Origin: Macrostomum lignano
Lineage: Eukaryota
NCBI GenBank assembly: GCA_002269645.1
Contig: NIVC01001001.1
Coordinates: forward strand, 62,001 to 126,000
DNA: 64,000 nucleotides
Reading direction: 5' to 3'
Position 1 is the first letter of the stretch. Each line of letters starts with the position of its first letter. Of this stretch, positions 61,174 to 64,000 are shown piece after piece. Made by a program: the position numbers and the translations under genes. The notes beneath the pieces are model-generated. The model did no database searches and was not told the DNA's origin. It was given only the letters and a program-made list of their open reading frames with translations.

Positions 61174-63630
61174 GCTAATCTACTCTGTATTTATCACAAA
61201 TTAGAATGGATTGCTAATTTACTCTATATTTATCACAAATTAGAATGGATTGCTAATCTACTCTGTATTTATCACAAATTAGAATGGATTGCTAATCTAC
61301 TCTATATTTATCACAAATTAGAATGGATTGCTAATTTACTCTATAATTATCACAACTATTAGAATGGATTGCTAATCTACTCTATATTTATCACAAATTA
61401 GAATGGATTGCTAATCTACTCTATATTTATCACAAATTAGAATGGATTGCTAATTTACTCTATAATTATCACAAATTAGAATGGATTGCTAATCTACTCT
61501 ATATTTATCACAACTATTAGAATGGATTGCTAATCTACTCTATATTTATCACAAATTAGAATGGATTGCTAATCTACTCTATATTTATCACAAATTAGAA
61601 TGGATTGCTAATCTACTCTATATTTATCACAACTATTAGAATGGATTGCTAATTTACTCTATAATTATCACAACTATTAGAATGGATTGCTAATCTACTC
61701 TATATTTATCACAAATTAGAATGGATTGCTAATCTACTCTGTATTTATCACAAATTAGAATGGATTGCTAATCTACTCTATATTTATCACAAATTAGAAT
61801 GGATTGCTAATTTACTCTATAATTATCACAACTATTAGAATGGATTGCTAATCTACTCTATATTTATCACAAATTAGAATGGATTGCTAATCTACTCTAT
61901 ATTTATCACAAATTAGAATGGATTGCTAATTTACTCTATAATTATCACAAATTAGAATGGATTGCTAATCTACTCTATATTTATCACAACTATTAGAATG
62001 GATTGCTAATCTACTCTATATTTATCACAAATTAGAATGGATTGCTAATCTACTCTATATTTATCACAAATTAGAATGGATTGCTAATCTACTCTATATT
62101 TATCACAACTATTAGAATGGATTGCTAATTTACTCTATAATTATCACAACTATTAGAATGGATTGCTAATCTACTCTATATTTATCACAAATTAGAATGG
62201 ATTGCTAATCTACTCTATATTTATCACAAATTAGAATGGATTGCTAATCTACTCTATATTTATCACAAATTAGAATGGATTGCTAATTTACTCTATAATT
62301 ATCACAAATTAGAATGGATTGCTAATCTACTCTATATTTATCACAACTATTAGAATGGATTGCTAATCTACTCTATATTTATCACAAATTAGAATGGATT
62401 GCTAATCTACTCTATATTTATCACAAATTAGAATGGATTGCTAATTTACTCTATAATTATCACAAATTAGAATGGATTGCTAATCTACTCTATATTTATC
62501 ACAACTATTAGAATGGATTGCTAATCTACTCTGTATTTATCACAAATTAGAATGGATTGCTAATCTACTCTATATTTATCACAAATTAGAATGGATTGCT
62601 AATTTACTCTATAATTATCACAACTATTAGAATGGATTGCTAATCTACTCTATATTTATCACAAATTAGAATGGATTGCTAATCTACTCTATATTTATCA
62701 CAAATTAGAATGGATTGCTAATCTACTCTATATTTATCACAAATTAGAATGGATTGCTAATTTACTCTATAATTATCACAAATTAGAATGGATTGCTAAT
62801 CTACTCTATATTTATCACAACTATTAGAATGGATTGCTAATCTACTCTATATTTATCACAAATTAGAATGGATTGCTAATTTACTCTATAATTATCACAA
62901 ATTAGAATGGATTGCTAATTTACTCTATATTTATCACAAATTAGAATGGATTGCTAATCTACTCTGTATTTATCACAACTATTAGAATGGATTGCTAATT
63001 TACTCTATATTTATCACAACTATTAGAATGGATTGCTAATCTACTCTGTATTTATCACAACTATTAGAATGGATTGCTAATTTACTCTATATTTATCACA
63101 ACTATTAGAATGGATTGCTAATCTACTCTGTATTTATCACAACTATTAGAATGGATTGCTAATCTACTCTATATTTATCACAACTATTAGAATGGATTGC
63201 TAATCTACTCTATATTTATCACAACTATTAGAATGGATTGCTAATCTACTCTGTATTTATCACAAATTAGAATGGATTGCTAATCTACTCTATAATTATC
63301 ACAACTATTAGAATGGATTGCTAATCTACTCTATATTTATCACAAATTAGAATGGATTGCTAATCTACTCTGTATTTATCACAAATTAGAATGGATTGCT
63401 AATTTACTCTATATTTATCACAAATTAGAATGGATTGCTAATCTACTCTATATTTATCACAAATTAGAATGGATTGCTAATCTACTCTGTATTTATCACA
63501 AATTAGAATGGATTGCTAATCTACTCTATATTTATCACAAATTAGAATGGATTGCTAATCTACTCTATAATTATCACAACTATTAGAACGGATTGCTAAT
63601 CTGTTCTATATACTAGGCAGATTTTAATGG
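61174..63630. repeat. 39/41-bp AT-rich satellite (GCTAATCTACTCTATATTTATCACAA(CT)ATTAGAATGGATT)
   Basis: About 60 tandem units with a few recurring variants. Confidence 0.97.
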
Positions 63631-64000
63631 ATTGCTAATCTATTGCGTGTCAGAATCATAACTTACCGCTGACATCTCAAGCGCAGATAAATCAAATATA
63701 TATTGTAAAACAAGTTTTTATTGACAAAAATACGTTGCAAATTTTTCTGACTGAAGCCTTTGATATTTTAGAGTTAGATAAGCTAATAAATCACTGCTTG
63801 TCAAGAGCAACCTGTTCTATGCAGCTGGCAGTTACAGGCTGAATTATTGATTAACAATGCTGCTCATAAATCTTAATCACGGAGACCAGCCTTTTTCTTG
63901 TCCTGAACGGGTGCCAGATTTATTCAATTCAAAGCATCTGGGACTTGGATGCATTTCTGCGAAGAAAGATGTTTTTTCTGTTAGATAATTAAATCTCTAA

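Noticed and set aside
40040-63630. Regular 21-41 bp repeat arrays as possible CRISPRs
   Set aside because: The units are head-to-tail with no unique spacers, there are no cas genes, and the context is eukaryotic.
63870-63960. Possible last exon of a minus-strand gene beyond the window
   Set aside because: An acceptor-like site and a short open frame exist, but there is no recognisable motif and the upstream exons are outside the window.

Overview
This is repeat-rich eukaryotic (invertebrate animal-like) genomic DNA, not prokaryotic: it has GT-AG introns, tRNA-derived SINEs, non-LTR retrotransposon relics, a Helitron, MITEs and many minisatellites. The style resembles a flatworm such as Macrostomum, but that is inference only. 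Reconstructed host genes: a 5-exon ceramide kinase (minus strand, 9068-2262), a BEN-domain exon, two single-exon paralogous Ig-like surface-protein genes (17229 and 24263), a secreted WSC+PAN protein with a 1-nt frameshift, a divergent 2-exon UFD1-like gene, and a 2-exon DHHC palmitoyltransferase whose 6.5-kb intron is almost entirely satellite. Three observations stand out. (1) The two surface-protein genes share two near-identical 'constant' blocks around a highly divergent in-frame 'variable' core, with an orphan constant fragment between them. (2) A 287-bp MITE carries a 64-nt 28S rRNA-like segment scrambled exactly at the I-PpoI/R2 target site. (3) Some domains show C-to-T hypermutation at CG and apparently also at CAG/CTG. 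All calls were made by eye and from remembered family motifs; no database searches were run.
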